This document shows positions 1-13,190 of a stretch of 64,000 nt of DNA, in pieces. The stretch is from Raja brachyura. Its lineage: Eukaryota. The stretch is taken from contig OY740804.1 in assembly GCA_963514005.1 (NCBI GenBank), positions 19,716,001-19,780,000 on the forward strand. The letters are read 5' to 3'. The stretch's first letter is position 1. Each line of letters begins with the position of its first letter. The notes under the pieces are model-generated. The model was given only the letters and a program-made list of their open reading frames with translations. It was not told the DNA's origin and did no database searches. The position numbers were made by a program, and so were the translations under genes.

Positions 1-14
1 AACAGTAGACTTTT

Positions 15-450
15 GAGACCATACCTGGAGTATTGTGAGCCTTGGGGTGAGGCCACACCTGGAATATGGTGGGCCCTGATGAGACCGCAGCTGGACAATG
101 GAGGGCATGCTGAAGTACGGTTGGCCTTTGTGACACTATACCGGGATTATGGTGGGCCTTTATGAGACTACACGTGGAGCATGGTAGGCCTTGGGGTGAG
201 ACTACACACGAGTATGCTGGGCCTTTGGATGAGACCACACATGGCCCATGGTAGGACTTGGGGTGAGGCCACACCTGGAATATGGTAGGCCTTAAGGTGA
301 GACTACACATGGAATATGGTGGGCCTTGGAGCAAGACAACATCTGGAATATGGTGGGATGAGATGAGACCACACCTAGAGTATAGTTTGCCTTGGGGTGG
401 GACCCACAACTGGAATATGATGGGCTTGGGGTTGAAACTACACCTGAAGA
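15..450 (+). repeat. Minisatellite, ~41-bp unit (GAGACCACACCTGGARTATGGTGGGCCTTGGGGT)
   Basis: About 10 diverged tandem copies. The unit core matches the CR1 RT segment GTGAGACCACACCTGGAGTATTG at 30729. Confidence 0.8.
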
Positions 451-989
451 ATGGTGTACTGATTTGGGGTCACAGCATAATGATCCACCAGAATATTTCC
501 AGAGATGGTGGATCTGCAAAAAAATAGGGACAGGTCGAATGCACAGGATCGAATTCTCTAAGTTTGGAAGATTTTTCCACAACCGTCACATTAATACTGT
601 ATTAATCAGTTCCTTGACTGGTGAATTTCACAAAATTCCAGCACTATTGTAGAGGGCTGTTCACATACAGTCACTGCTTCACTCTGTATCTAACCCGTAA
701 CACCTGAAAGTGTGATTGTACAGTATAGAGCTTCATGCTATGTCTAATTTGTGCCCCGAGGATGTGTGGTGGAGTGACGTGGAGGATGTATCACTCTGTA
801 TTCAAACCCCTGCCTATTGTGGAAGCAATGGAGGCAATGGAAGAGCAAAGAGGAACAAAACTTCTGAATAAAACTCATGGACTGAAATGGAATAAAGTCA
901 ATCAGTTCAGACTAACAGGCACTGTGTTCATTTTCTCCACGAATGGGAGCACAGACTGCTGGACAAGCCCAATTCCATCACATCACAAG

Positions 990-1150
990 AGACAGTTAGA
1001 TATAGCTCTTAGGGCAAACGGAATCAAGGGATATTGGGGAAAAAGTAGGAACGGATTACTGATTTTGGATGATCAGCCATCATCGTATTGAATGGCGGTG
1101 CTGGCACGAAGGGCCGAATTGCCTACTCCTGCACCTATTTTCTATGTTTC
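990..1150 (+). mobile_element. CR1 LINE 3' end
   Basis: Carries the GGATGATCAGCCAT...GAAGGGCCGAA..CCTACTCCTGCACCTATTTTCTATGTTTC tail shared with other copies. Confidence 0.85.
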
Positions 1151-1859
1151 CATCACAACAGCCCCATCTCTCCCTCCCCAGGTGAGTAATCTCATAAATG
1201 CAAAGAATGCAAAAAATGCAAAGATACAGAGTGAAACACAAAGCCAGCTGGGAGGCGATGTATTTACATTCGCAAGGTCGCAACTGCTGATGTCAGGGAT
1301 CAAGCGGTCTTATGGCAATGTGAGATCAGCGCCGATAGTGTCTCTGCTGCTCCTAACAACCTCTGGGTCGCCATGGGGCTGGGTGCTACTGTGGGTCAGT
1401 CTCCGTCCCAAATCGCCCTCCCTTCTTCCCACGCACATCTGGAAATTGCAGCTGTCCCTTGGCGGAGGGTGGGAGTGGTTTTGTCGATGTGTATCCAGGG
1501 AAGAGGTGGAATGGGATTGTAAAGAGACCTGTGACTGGAGCATCATAGGCCCTCCCTGTCCAACACTGGCATCGGACATGACGTTAAATCCTGGTCAGCC
1601 TCACCCACACCAATCCTCCCTCCCTCGCGCCACTTATCCTCCCTCCCAGTACTAGAGCCCCCCCCCCCCCCCCTCCTTCTACGAGGTGTTGTTTCAGTCC
1701 TTCCTCCCACAACCCTCTCTCTACTGCAAGACCCCCAACCCCACCCCCTAGCCACACTCTATTTTGCCCACACATAAACCTCACTGCGATTTGCCTCTTC
1801 GAGTGGGAGGAACGTCGTTGGGGCGTTGCCTGGTGAGAGGACGTTCCGCGCTAACTTAA

Positions 1860-2395
1860 TTGTGTAGGAAAGAACGACAGATGCTAGTTTAAACCGAAGC
1901 TAGACGCAAAAAGCTGGAGTAACTCAGCGGGTCAGACAGCATCTCTGGAGGAAAGGATAATGGACGTTTCGGGTCGAGATCCACTTTCAGACTGAGTCAG
2001 GGGAAAGGGAAACGATAGATTTTCGGTGATATAGAGATTTTCGATGATAGAGAGGTACAGAACAAATATGCAAAGATATGCAATATCGTGCATAAAGATA
2101 TGCAAAAAGTGACGATGATAAAGGAAACTGTCTGTATAATTCGGTATTTGTATAACTGGTTTTCACCTGCCCCTCAGCTCACAACGGACCATTATGGGCA
2201 TCACCTTTCCTAGATCATCATTACTCTGTGCATATCTTTAATTCATTTGTTCTATGCCATCGTCTCTATCTCTCGTTTCCCATTCCCCTGACTCTGTCTG
2301 AAGAAGGGTCCCGACCCGAAGCATCGCCTATTCCTTCTGTACAGAGGTGCTGCCTAACCCGCTGAGTTACTCCAACACTCTGTGTCTATCTCCGC
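1860..2395. mobile_element. Penelope-derived element with inverted terminal arms and degenerate hammerhead motifs
   Basis: ~1900-2010 is the approximate reverse complement of ~2283-2390. CTGAAGAAGGGTCCCGACCCGAAG at 2298. Confidence 0.65.
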
Positions 2396-2399
2396 TCAC

Positions 2400-2564
2400 T
2401 CATTGGTTGGCCGGCAGAGGCCGCGTTCTCTCATTGGCAGGTCTGTGGGTTACGCTCTCTGATTGGCCGCTCTGGAGGACCAAAGGTTGCTGAATGGCCA
2501 GAGAAGTTGCTGCCCGATTGGTTGCCCGCGGTTGCTAGGGTGACAGCGTCTGGGAGCTGGGGCC
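2400..2564 (+). promoter_or_regulatory. Gene A promoter: four reverse CCAAT boxes and an RFX X-box-like site
   Basis: ATTGG at 2402, 2433, 2462 and 2517; GTTGCTAGGGTGAC at 2531-2544; CpG-rich and directly upstream of GCCATGG. Confidence 0.6.
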
Positions 2565-2607
2565 ATGGAGATGGCGACGACGCTTCTTCAGTTTGTACTG
2601 TGGGCAG
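2565..2607 (+). CDS. Gene A exon 1, signal peptide MEMATTLLQFVLWA
   Basis: Kozak GCCATGG, hydrophobic leader, phase-1 donor CAG|GTGAGG. Confidence 0.8.
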
Positions 2608-3316
2608 GTGAGGGGGGGCGGGGCTGGAGGGGGCGTGATGAAACGGGAGGACACGATTCGGAGAGGTTATAGGAGACGTTGAGGCCACTGTCCGGCCCCA
2701 CCCCCAGACTCCACACTCCAGCTCCCTGCACCTACCCTTTCCCCATACCCACTCTCCTCCACCTCCACACCCCTCTCTCTGGACCTCCTTCCTCCACCTC
2801 TCCACCCCTCTCCCTGGACCAAGATCCACTCCTCCTCTCCATGAACCAAGACGGATCACCAAACATCAGCTCATAGTCTCCCTGATTGACTTGCCCAATT
2901 TTCTTGGGAGATTTTCCCTCTACATTTTCATCCTCTGGTGTCCAAGTCCCACACAGCCTGCTGCTATCTTCTGAAGAACCACAAGCAGGACGGTGCTGGC
3001 AAATCCATTCTTTCAGCCTGCTCTTCCCTCCATCTTTTCTGTCTGGATCCATTCCCTTCCCACCTATATCCATACCATCTCTAATGGCTTGGGACACATT
3101 GGTAGTTTTCAGTTCCTTGATCCCAATCGGTTCGCCTTCTGCCCCAGACGTTCTCCATTCCCATAACATTCAACATCCTTCCCCTCGCACTCCCACTACC
3201 TCTATTACCACTCTCCCCACATTGCACCTCTCCTTACACACTCTGCCCTCCCTGATTCCTCTTTGTCCCATTCCTTTACCCTCACACTCTCTCTCTCCCA
3301 CTCTGTCCCCATCCAG

Positions 3317-3646
3317 ATGTGGCTCAGGCTATCTGGATACCCTCCTATGTGGTGAATGCCAGCATCGGACAATCGATAACGTTGCGACCCCTTCTGAAGG
3401 CCCACCCTGAGATAATTCAGTGGGGTTACCGCCGGAGAAACGGGGAGCCTTCTATCACTCTGTGTGAGAAGATGGGCAACAGAAGCAGGATGTGCTTCTC
3501 ACCCTCCGCCACACGCATGGAGTTGTTGCCTGACTATGGACTGCAATTGTTCATGGTCAAGCCCTCTGACAATGGGCTGTATCGCATGGTAGTTTGGTAT
3601 ATCTGGGATGAGATGACACGCAGTGTCCTTCAACTGCAAGTGTACG
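3317..3646 (+). CDS. Gene A exon 2, IgV domain (CD2/SLAM/CEACAM N-type)
   Basis: Acceptor CCCCATCCAG|, donor TACG|GTGAGT, 330 nt. VNASIGQSITL, C-strand W, DNGLY, LQLQVY. Confidence 0.9.
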
Positions 3647-4329
3647 GTGAGTAGCCAGCTCTCTCTCCCCAGGTAATTGATGAGGAAAGGTAAAGGAGAG
3701 TTGGCAAGTGAGAAGCCAAAAACAAACTATAAGAGCTTCTACAGATTTATAAAAAGAAAATGGAAACTTAATCTGGACCTCTTTCATGCCGAGGTAGGAG
3801 ATATTGTATTGGTGAATAATGACAGGAATAAAACAAATATTTTATAGCCTTCTTGGTGGAGGAAGTCATTGAAAACCTCAGAAGAGAGTGGAGGAGAGCA
3901 GATTTATGTGAAATGTGCAGTCAAGATAATCAGCATCCAACACATTACAGAATCATTAATGGGACTGGAAAATGATCAATCTAATCTGACCCAACCTCTG
4001 AAACCCACCACCTCTATCACCTTAAGAACAAGGGTTGTAGATGCAGGGTTAGAAAGTCCTGCACTAACATGACTGCTCGTTTCCTTGACTGTTCGGTTGA
4101 GTTACTCCTGCACTTTGTGTCTATCTTAGCAAGTATATCAATTGCACTGTGGAACGCTTCCACCAGAAGGACTGCAGAATTTTAATAGATTTCAGCACCA
4201 CCTTCTCAAGATGAATAGTGCCTTTCAATTTCTACCTTTCAGGGGGAGTCAAGAGTCAAGAGAGTTTAATTGTCATATGGTGACAATTATGATAAACATG
4301 CTCAAGTTAATTGGAGTAGGTTGTTTGCG

Positions 4330-6760
4330 GGAAAAGGAATGTCTGGAAAGTGGGATGCTTTTAAAAGTGTGATGACAAGAGTTCACAGCATGCATGTTGC
4401 TGTTAAGAGTGCAGGGAAATGCAGGAGGGTGTAAGGAAGCTTGGATGACAAGGTAAATTAAGGCTCTGATCAGGAAAAAGAAGGGACAGGTATAGCCAGC
4501 TGGGATCAAGTGTATCCCTGGAGGAGTTTAGGGAATTGAGAATTAATCTGCAATTTGAGAGGGAGAAGGTGAAATTGGATGTGTTGGTGTTGTAGCTGAG
4601 CAAAGAGGACTGTAGAGGCATGAGGGAGGAGCTAGCCAAAGTTGACTGGAAAGGGACCCTAGCATGGGGTGACGGTGTAACAGCAATAGCAGGAATTTCT
4701 GGGAATAATCCGGAAGATGCAAGATCTTTTCATTCCAAAGAGGAATAAAGATTCTAGGGGGAGAAAGAGGCGACCGTGGCTGACAAGGGAAGTCAAGGAC
4801 AGTATAAAGCTAAAAGATAAGGCATATAACATAGCAAAGATTAATGGGAAGCCAGAGGATTGGGAAGCTTTTAAAGAACAACAGAAGGTAACTAAAAAAC
4901 CAAAACGGGGAGAAAAGATGAAATACAAAGGTAAGCTAGCCAATAATATAAAAGAGGATAGCAAGAGTTTCTTCAGTTATATAAAGAGTAAGAAAGAGGC
5001 AAGAGTGGAAGCTGGGCCGCTGGAGAATGATGCAGGAGAAGTGATAATGGGGGAAAAAGAAATGGCAGAGAAGTTGAATAACCTTTTTGCATCATTCTTC
5101 ACAGTGGAAGACGTGCTTGAAATGTGCTTGAAATTCAAGAGACTCAGTGGGTGGAAGTTAGTGGAGTGGTTATTACTAGGGAGAAGGTGCTTGGGAAACT
5201 GAAAGGCTGAAGGTGAATAAGTCACCTGGACCAGATGGACTGCAGCCTATGAAAGAGGTGGCTTTTGAGATTGTGGTGCCATTAACAGTGGTATTTCGAG
5301 AATCACTAGAGACAGGAGAGGTCCCAGATGATTGGAAAATTATCAATATTACCCCGCTGCATAAGCAAAGCAGAATAGTGGGAACTATAGGCCAGTTAGT
5401 CGAACTAACTAATATTTTAGAGTCCATTGTAAAGGATGAGGTTACGGAGTATTTAGAAGGTCATGATAAAATAGGCCAAATTCAGCATGGTTTTGTGAAG
5501 GGGAGATCTTGCTTGTCAAATTTGCTGGAATTCTTCGAAGAAGTAAATAGGAGGACAGACAAAGGAGAGTTAGCAGATGTTGTTTACTTACATTTTCAGA
5601 AAGCCTTTGATAAGGTGCCATATGTGAGACTGCTCAGGAAGATGAGAGCCCACGGTATCAAAGGGCAGATAATAGCATGGATAGCAGGTTGGCTGGATGG
5701 CAGAAATCAGTGTAGCAATAAAGGTGGCTGTTTCTGGTTGGCTGCCAATCCGCAGGGGTGGTGCTGTGGCCGCTACTCTTCACGTTGTATATTAATGATT
5801 TGGATGAGGGGATTGAAGGCTTTGTGGCCAAGTTTGCAGATGATATGAAAATAGATGGAAGGGCAGGTAGTGTAGTGAAAGCAGGGACTCTGCAGAAGGA
5901 CTTGGACAGGTTGGGAGAGTGGGCAGAGAAGCAGCAGATGGAATATAGTGTAGCAAAGTGTGGAGTCATACATTTTTGTAGTAGGAAAAAGTAATTTTAT
6001 AAACTTTTCTAAAAAAGACTATTTTCTAAATGGGGAGAGAATCCAGAAAATGGAGGTGCAAAGGGACTTGGGAGTGCTGGCGCATGGTTCCCAAAAAGTT
6101 AATTTGCAAGTCGAATCGGTAGTAAAGAAAGCAAACTCAATGCCAGCATTTATTTCAAGAGGGTTTATATACAAAAACAGGGATGTAATGCTGAAGCTCT
6201 ATAAGGCACTGATAAGGCCGTATTTGGTATATTGTGAGCAACGTTGGGCACCAAATCAGAGGAAGGATGTGCTGGCTCTGGAGAGGGTCCAGAGGAGGTT
6301 TGCAAGAATGATCCCAGCATGAGTAGGTTAACCTACGATGAGCATTTGTCGGCACTGGGCCTGTACTCGGTGGAGTTTAGAAGAATGAGGGTGAACCTCA
6401 TTGAAACATACAGAATAGTGAAAGGCTTGGATAGAGTGGATGTGGAGAGGAATGTTTCCACTAGTGGGAGAGTCTAGGACTAGAGGTCACGGGCTCTGAA
6501 TTAAAGGAGGTTCTTTTAGGAAGGAGTTGAGGAGACATTTATTTAGTCAGAGAGTGGTGAATCTGTGGAATTATTTGCCACATAAGGCTGGAGAGTGTAC
6601 GTCAGTGGATATATTTAAGGGAGAGATAGATAGATTTTTGATTAGTACAGGTCAGAGGTTATGGGGAGAAGGCAGGAGAATGGGGTTAGGAGGGAGAGAT
6701 TGAACGGTGGAGTAAACTTGATGGGCCGAATGGTCTAATTCTACTATCACTTATGACCTT
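4330..6760 (+). mobile_element. Decayed CR1 LINE (ORF2 RT region to 3' end)
   Basis: Frameshifted ORFs with [40 protein letters not shown]. Confidence 0.9.
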
Positions 6761-6769
6761 ATGAGAATC

Positions 6770-7330
6770 AGACTTAAAATGAAAATCAGAAGGGGAAAAA
6801 GTGGGTAGGAGATAGTTCTGGCAGATAATCTTAAAGAAAATCGAAGAAAGTACATGATCCAAGGGAGAAAATAGAATAAGTACATTAGAAGAAAGCGGGA
6901 GAGAGGGAATAGGCCTCCTCAGAAATCAAAGTGGTCATTTCTGTATGCAACTGTGGATGATGGATAAGGTCCTCAATCAGTATTTCTTCTCTGGTTTTAC
7001 CATGGACAAAGACATGAAGACTGGGAAACTTGGGGCAGTTAATGGAGATGTCTTGAGGGCAGTCCGTATTACAGTCCAGTGGGTGCTGGATCTACTAAGG
7101 TGTATGGCGGTGGATAAATCTCCCGAGCCTTATCAGAAAAATTTGAGGACACTTTTTTGAGGCTTGGGAAGAAATTGCAGGAGGCCTGGCTGAGAAGTGT
7201 GAATCATTGGGCACAGGTGAGATGCCAGAAGACTGGAGGCTGGTTAATGTTGTGCCTGCATTGAAGAATCTGTACGGAAAAGCCTGGGACCAGTTAGCCT
7301 AATGTTTGTGGTGGACAAGTTACTGGAGAG
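6770..7330 (+). mobile_element. Older CR1 fragment
   Basis: Degenerate VLNQYF, DKSP and PEDWR motifs. Confidence 0.65.
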
Positions 7331-7590
7331 GGTGATATCTGTACACTGACTGATGTCTCTCAGTCTTTTTCTCACAGGGGGATATCTGTGGCACTGACTG
7401 GTGTCTCCATTTCTGGAGGATATCCATTCAATAACTGCGATGCCTTCAATTTCTCCCTGTCCACGGGATATCTGTTCACTGACTAGTTTGCTCACGCTCT
7501 CTGTGTCCAGGGGTTATCTGTTCACTGACTAGTTCCCCCTCTCTCCCTGTCCAAGATATGTTCACTGTCCAATTCTGCTCCTCTCCTCAA
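7330..7590 (+). repeat. Degenerate tandem repeat (GATATCTGTTCACTGACTAG core)
   Basis: Core recurs about 6 times just upstream of the exon 3 acceptor. Confidence 0.6.
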
Positions 7591-7644
7591 TATCAATTTA
7601 CCTTCTGGGACCCATCCCTCTGACTCTCTATATTCTGCCTGTAG

Positions 7645-7929
7645 AGCCGGTGATGAACGTCTCAATCCTGGTGAGTCAAGCAACGGAAAACAAGGCCTGC
7701 ATGCTGCATTGTCAGGTGTCGCATGGCACTGGACTGCAATTCGTGTGGCATGCTGCTGGCTGTGAGCTGACCTCCAACCGACTGCACAACATCACCGATA
7801 AAGGCAGCTCCCTCATTGTCTCCTCGGCCGCCATGCATTCCATCATCTACTCATTCTACCGCTGCACCGTCTCCAACCCTGTCAGCAAGCAGAGCATGGA
7901 GGTCAACCTGAAACGGGATTGCAGCACAG
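7645..7929 (+). CDS. Gene A exon 3, IgC2 domain of CD2/SLAM type
   Basis: Acceptor GCCTGTAG|, donor ACAG|GTCTGA, 285 nt. EPV..CMLHC..W..YRCTVSNPVS..C pattern typical of SLAM/CD2 C2 domains. Confidence 0.9.
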
Positions 7930-7949
7930 GTCTGACCCCTCACTAAGAA

Positions 7950-8700
7950 TGGGACAGGAGGCGAAGGGTCAGATCTGTCACATTTAGGCAGGACTGGGTG
8001 GGAGAAGGTCAGGCCTGCCTCACTGTGGCTGGGACAGGGTGGAGAAGTATCTAGTCCGTCTCACTGGGGATGGGTCAGGGCTGGACAGGGTGGGGGAGAT
8101 TAGATCTCTCTCTGGGGAATGACTGGATCGGAGGGGTTTGGGTCTGTCTCACTGAGGATCAGGGTGGAGAAGGTTTAAGTCTGTCGCACTGGGGACGGGT
8201 TAGGATGAGTTAAGGTTGGGTCTCATTGGGGATGGGACCAGATTTTCGTGGAGGAGACGCGTCTGTCTTTCTATGGGTGGGACAAGGTGGAGGCAATATA
8301 GGAATGTCTCAGTAGGAACAGGGCAGGGTTGAAGCAGGGTAGGCCTGAACCCCCACCCTCCTCTTATTGGGACAGGGTGAAGGATGACCAGATCATCACC
8401 CCTTCACTGGGGACAGAGCAAGGTGGAACGAGTCCTGATTTCTCTCACCAAGTTTGGCCCCCAAGGTAGGAGGTGGGACAGACTGGAGAAGAGTTGGGTC
8501 TGACCTCTTCACTGTAGGCGGAACAGGATCGATTTGGAACAGAATTGTCACCCACCTCCCCCTCAATTGGCATGGGACAGGTCAGGTGCGAATGGGTCTG
8601 GCCCACTTTCACTGGGAAAGGGACGGTACATGTCTGGCAGTGTCGGACTGTGCTCAGGGTGGGATGGAGTGAGGGTTGACCTGTTCACTCCCAAGAGGGT
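7950..8700 (+). repeat. Degenerate ~40-bp G-rich tandem repeat
   Basis: GGGACAGGGTGGAGAAGG...TCTGTCTCACTGGG recurs many times. Confidence 0.6.
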
Positions 8701-9429
8701 CTGGGAGTGCCTTCATTTGGTCTCATCAAGGACTGTCCAAATTGACCCCTGCTCTCCATGGGTGCTGTAGATTCATTGGTCCTGATCTATCAAACATTTA
8801 ATTGAAGGGAAATTAGTTATTGCCAAAGAAAGACACAAAATTCTGGAGTAACAGTGGGTCAGGCAGCCAACCTAGAGAACATGGATAGGCCGGATTTCAG
8901 GTTGGAACCCTTCTACAGGCTGATTTCAAGGGGGTTGGAAAGAAAGCTGGAAAAGAGATGGAGCAAGACAAAGCTTGACCGGTAGTATGTGAACACAGGC
9001 AAGGGTTTTTTTTTTGATGGGCAGACTGTTGGTCAAAGGCCACAGATGAAGAGACAGGTGAGAGCCCAAAAAGTATAATGAATTGCAAATTGTTAAGCAC
9101 AGGAATAGAAAAGTTGTGAATTGTGTATCCATTGGAAATGGTCCACGTGGAGGGGGCGGGGATAATCAGATGCAAGATCAGCATGAGTTCAAGGGAGGGG
9201 AGGAGGTAAGTGGTGGGGGGGCAGAGAAACTGCTGGAGCAAACTCAGCCGTTAGGTAGCATCTGTGGATGGAAATGGTCCCACAACAACTTTTCTTTTCA
9301 TTCCTCTCACTTTCTTCAATATCTTGACATTTCCATTCTAAACAGGAAGGCCTCGGGGCTCTCAGTTTCTTCTTGGAACAGAGACCTAACCAGTTCCCCT
9401 CGTTCTAGCATCTGCTGTCCAAGTCCAAT

Positions 9430-10228
9430 GCAAAGCATTTGATAAGGTTCAGCATGGTAGACTACTCAGAAAGGTGAGATCACACTGGATCTAGGGGGAC
9501 CTTGCCAACGGGATAGAGAATTGGATTCATGGAAGGAAGCAGAGGGTGTTGGTGGAAGGTTGTTTTCTGGACTGAAGGCCTGTGACTAGTGGTATGCCTC
9601 AGGGATTGGTGCTGGGCCCATTGCTGTTTGTGGTTTACATCAACAATTTGGATGACAATGTACAAGGAATGATTAGTAAGTGCTTTAGTAAGTGGGTGGT
9701 ATCGTAGATAGTGAAAATGGTTATCAAAAAGTACAGCAGGATCTTGATCAATTGGGCAAGTGGGATGAGGAATATTTAATGGAGTTTAATGAGGTTAAGT
9801 CTGAGGTGTTGCATTTTTGGAAATCAGGGCAGGACCTTCATAGTAAAAAGCAGCACCATAGGAAGTGTTGTAGAGCAAGTACATCTAGGAGTGCAGATAC
9901 ATAGTTCCCTAAAAATGGCATCATAGATAAACATGGTGATCATGAAGGCTTTGGGCACATTAGCTTTTGTCAGTCATGGTACTATAGAAGATTGACACAA
10001 AATGCTGGAGTAACTCAGCGGGTTAGGCAGCATCTCTGGAGAGAAGGAATGAAGAGAACCCATTCCTTCTCTCCAGAGATGATGCCTGTCCCACTGAGTT
10101 ACTCCAGCATTTTGTGTCTATCTTTGATTTAAACCAGCATTTGCAGTTCTTTCCTATACATACTGAGTATAAAAGTTGGGATATTATGTTACATTTGTAC
10201 ATGACATTGATGAGGCCACTTTGGAGTA
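9430..10228 (+). mobile_element. Old CR1 fragment (resumes at ~11431), containing a Penelope-derived hairpin at ~9995-10125
   Basis: AFDKV and SGMPQG-like motifs. GACACAAAATGCTGGAGTAACTCAG and CTGAGTTACTCCAGCATTTTGTGTC form an inverted pair. Confidence 0.7.
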
Positions 10229-11428
10229 CAGCCACCTCTCATTTTACACAAGGGTTGCATTCTGGAAAAGCAGTGTGTATATCAAAAGTGTGTAAATTAA
10301 ACATATTTTTACTGTAAGAATGTATGTAAATGTTACAGGTTACGGGAAAAGTCATATAACAGACTGCATCACACAATAAATAAATTGTATAACTGCCATT
10401 ATTCTTTTACCTCCCTTATTAATAAAGAAAAAAAAGTTAATAAGGAAAAACCAACAGGAAAGACATCTTAAATTGCCAGTGAAGAAAGCAAATGGTATCA
10501 GTGAAGAAAGCAAATGGTATGTTAGCATTCATAGCGAAAGGATTTGAGTATAGGAGCAGGGAGGTTCTACTGCAGTTGTACAGGGTTTTGGTGAGGCCAC
10601 ACCTGGAGTACTGTGTACAGTTTTGGTCTCCAAATCTGAGGAAAGACATCCTTGCCATAGAGGGGGTACAGAGAAGATTCACCAGACTGATTCCTGGGAT
10701 GTCAGGACTTTCATATGAGGAAAGATTGGATAGACTCGGTTTGTACTCGATGGAATTTAGAAGATTGAGGGGGGATCTTATAGAAACCTACAAAATTCTT
10801 AAGGGGTTGGACAAGCTAGATGCTGGAAGATTGTTCCCGATGTTGGGGGAGTCCAGAACAAGGGGTCACAGTCTAAGGATAAGGGGGAATTCCTTTAGGA
10901 CCGAAATGAGGAAAACATTCTTTACACAGAGAGTGGTGAGTCTCTGGAATTCTCTGCCACAGAAGGTAGTTGAGGCCAGTTCATTGGCTATATTTAAGAG
11001 GGCGTTAGATGTGGCACTTGTGGCTAAAGGGATCAGGGGGTATGGAGAGAAGGCAGGTACGGGATACTGAGTTGGATGATCAGCCATGATCACATTGAAT
11101 GGCGGTGCAGGCTCGAAGGGCCGAATGGCCTACTCCTGCACCTATTTTCTATGTTTCTATGTTTCTATGTAAATAAACGTTGTCGATAAACACTTACATT
11201 AACGACTGGTCACTTCTGCTTTCCCAAGTTGGCTTTGGCAGAGAGTCAATGTTGTTCTGTTTAGTACCTTGCCAGGCATCGCAGGCCACGATGCTGCCAG
11301 ATATAAATTTGATGTGTTACAGGGTATTTCAAAAATACGAACATGTAAATTAAGCTTTGGTATTAATTAAACAAGTGAGTTATTCCAAAAATGTAAAAAT
11401 CAAACACACGTAAAACGCGAGTTGGCTG
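10229..11428. mobile_element. Non-autonomous Tc1/mariner (pogo/Tigger-like) DNA transposon, interrupted by a CR1
   Basis: Imperfect TIRs CAGCCACCTCTCATTTTAC / GTAAAACGCGAGTTGGCTG, TA on both sides. The host CR1 rejoins as GGAGTA|CTGATTTCAGTTTTGG. Confidence 0.75.
10477..11170 (+). mobile_element. Young 5'-truncated CR1 LINE
   Basis: Open 192-aa ORF2 C-terminus (10492-11070) and (TTTCTATG)n tail. Confidence 0.95.
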
Positions 11429-11430
11429 TA

Positions 11431-13190
11431 CTGATTTCAGTTTTGGTCACTGTTATAGGAAAATGTTGTTAAGCTGGAAAGAGTTCAGAGAAGATTTATG
11501 AGGGTTTTGCCAGGACTTCAGAGCCAGAGCTGTAGCGAGAGGTTGGGCAGGCTGGGACTTTATTCCTTGGAGCAGAGGAGGGGTAATCCTATAGAGGTGT
11601 ATAAGGTCATGAGGGGATTTGATAGGGTAGATGCACAGTGTTTTACCTAGAGAAGGGAAATCGAGAACCAGCAGACATAGGTTTAAGGTGAGAGGGGAAT
11701 GATTTAATAGAAACCTGCACCTTTTTCACACAGAGGTGGCGGGTATATCTATTGAGCTGCCAGAGGAGGTAGATTAACAACATTTAAAAGACATTGGACA
11801 GGTACATAGATGGGAAAGTTTTTGAGGAAGGGATTTGTGGAAGGGAGATCTTGCCTGATGGACCGATTTAAATTATTTGAGGAAGTAAATAGCAGAATAG
11901 GCAAAGGAGAGTCTGTGGATATTATTTACCTAGATTTTCAGAAGGCCTTTGATAAGGTGCCACATTGTGAGGCTGCTAAAGAAGATGGTATCAGAGGGAA
12001 ATTAGTAGCATGCATAGCAGGTTGGCTGTGGCAGGAGGCATAGAGTGGCAATAAAGGGGGCTTTTCCGGGTTGGCCGCCAGAATGGTGCTCCGTTGTGGT
12101 CAGTGCCTGGGCCGCTACTCTTCACGTTCTATATCAATGATGTGAATGCGATAATTGGAAAGTTTTGTAGCCAAGTTTGCAGACTATATGAAGATAGGTG
12201 TAGGGGCAGGAAGTGTAGAAAAACCAGCGACTTTGCAGAAGGTCTTGGACAGGTTGGGAAAGTGCGCTAAGAAGTAGCAGATTAAATTCAGTGTAGCAAA
12301 GTGTGGAGTCATACATTTTGGTAGTAGGAAGAAAAGCATAGACTATTTTCAAAATGGAGGTATAATTCAGAAATTGGAGGTGCAAAGGTGCAGAGTGCTG
12401 GCGCGGAATTCCCCGAAACGTAATTTACAAGTCGAATTGGTAGTAACGAAAGCAAATGCAATGCTAGCAGAAATTTCGAGAGGACAAGAATATAAAAGTA
12501 GGGATGTAATGCTGAGGCTTTTTAAGGCATTGGTCTGACTGCATTTGGTGTATTTTGAGCAGTTTTGGGTCTCATATCCTAGGAAGGATGTGCTGGAGTT
12601 GGAGAGGGTCTAGAGGAAGTTTACGAAAATGATCCCAGGAATTATTGAGTTAAACTATGATGAGAGTTTGACAACACTGGGCCTGCACTCGCTGGTGTTT
12701 AGAAAGATGAAGGGGCACCTCATTGAAACTTACCGAATAGTGAACAGCCTGGATAGAGTGGATGTGAAGAGGATATTTCCACGAATAGGAGAGTCTAGGC
12801 CCAGATGCCATAGTCTAAGAATAAAAGGACGTACCTTTAGAAAGATGGGGAGGAATTTCTTCAGTCAGAGAGTGGTGACTCTGTTGAATTCATTGCCACA
12901 GAAGGTTGTGGAGGCCGTCAATGGATAGAGATTGACAGATTCTTGATTAGTATGGGTGTCAGGAGTTATGAGGAGAAGGCCGGAGAATGAGGTTGAGAGG
13001 AGAAGATAGATCCGCCATGACTGAATAGCGGAGTAGAGTTGATGTGCTGAATTGTATAATTCTGCTCCTATAACTAAAGAGGAATTATGGGCCAAACGTG
13101 GGGAGGTGGGACTAGTGTAGATGGGGCATCTTAGTCAACTTGGACAAGTTGGGCCGAAGGGCCTGCTTCAATGCCACATGACTCTAATTA
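11431..13190 (+). mobile_element. Decayed CR1 fragments (nested copies)
   Basis: [29 protein letters not shown] motifs. Confidence 0.85.

Noticed and set aside
15-450. CRISPR-like periodic repeat
   Set aside because: Tandem units with no unique spacers, no cas genes, vertebrate context.
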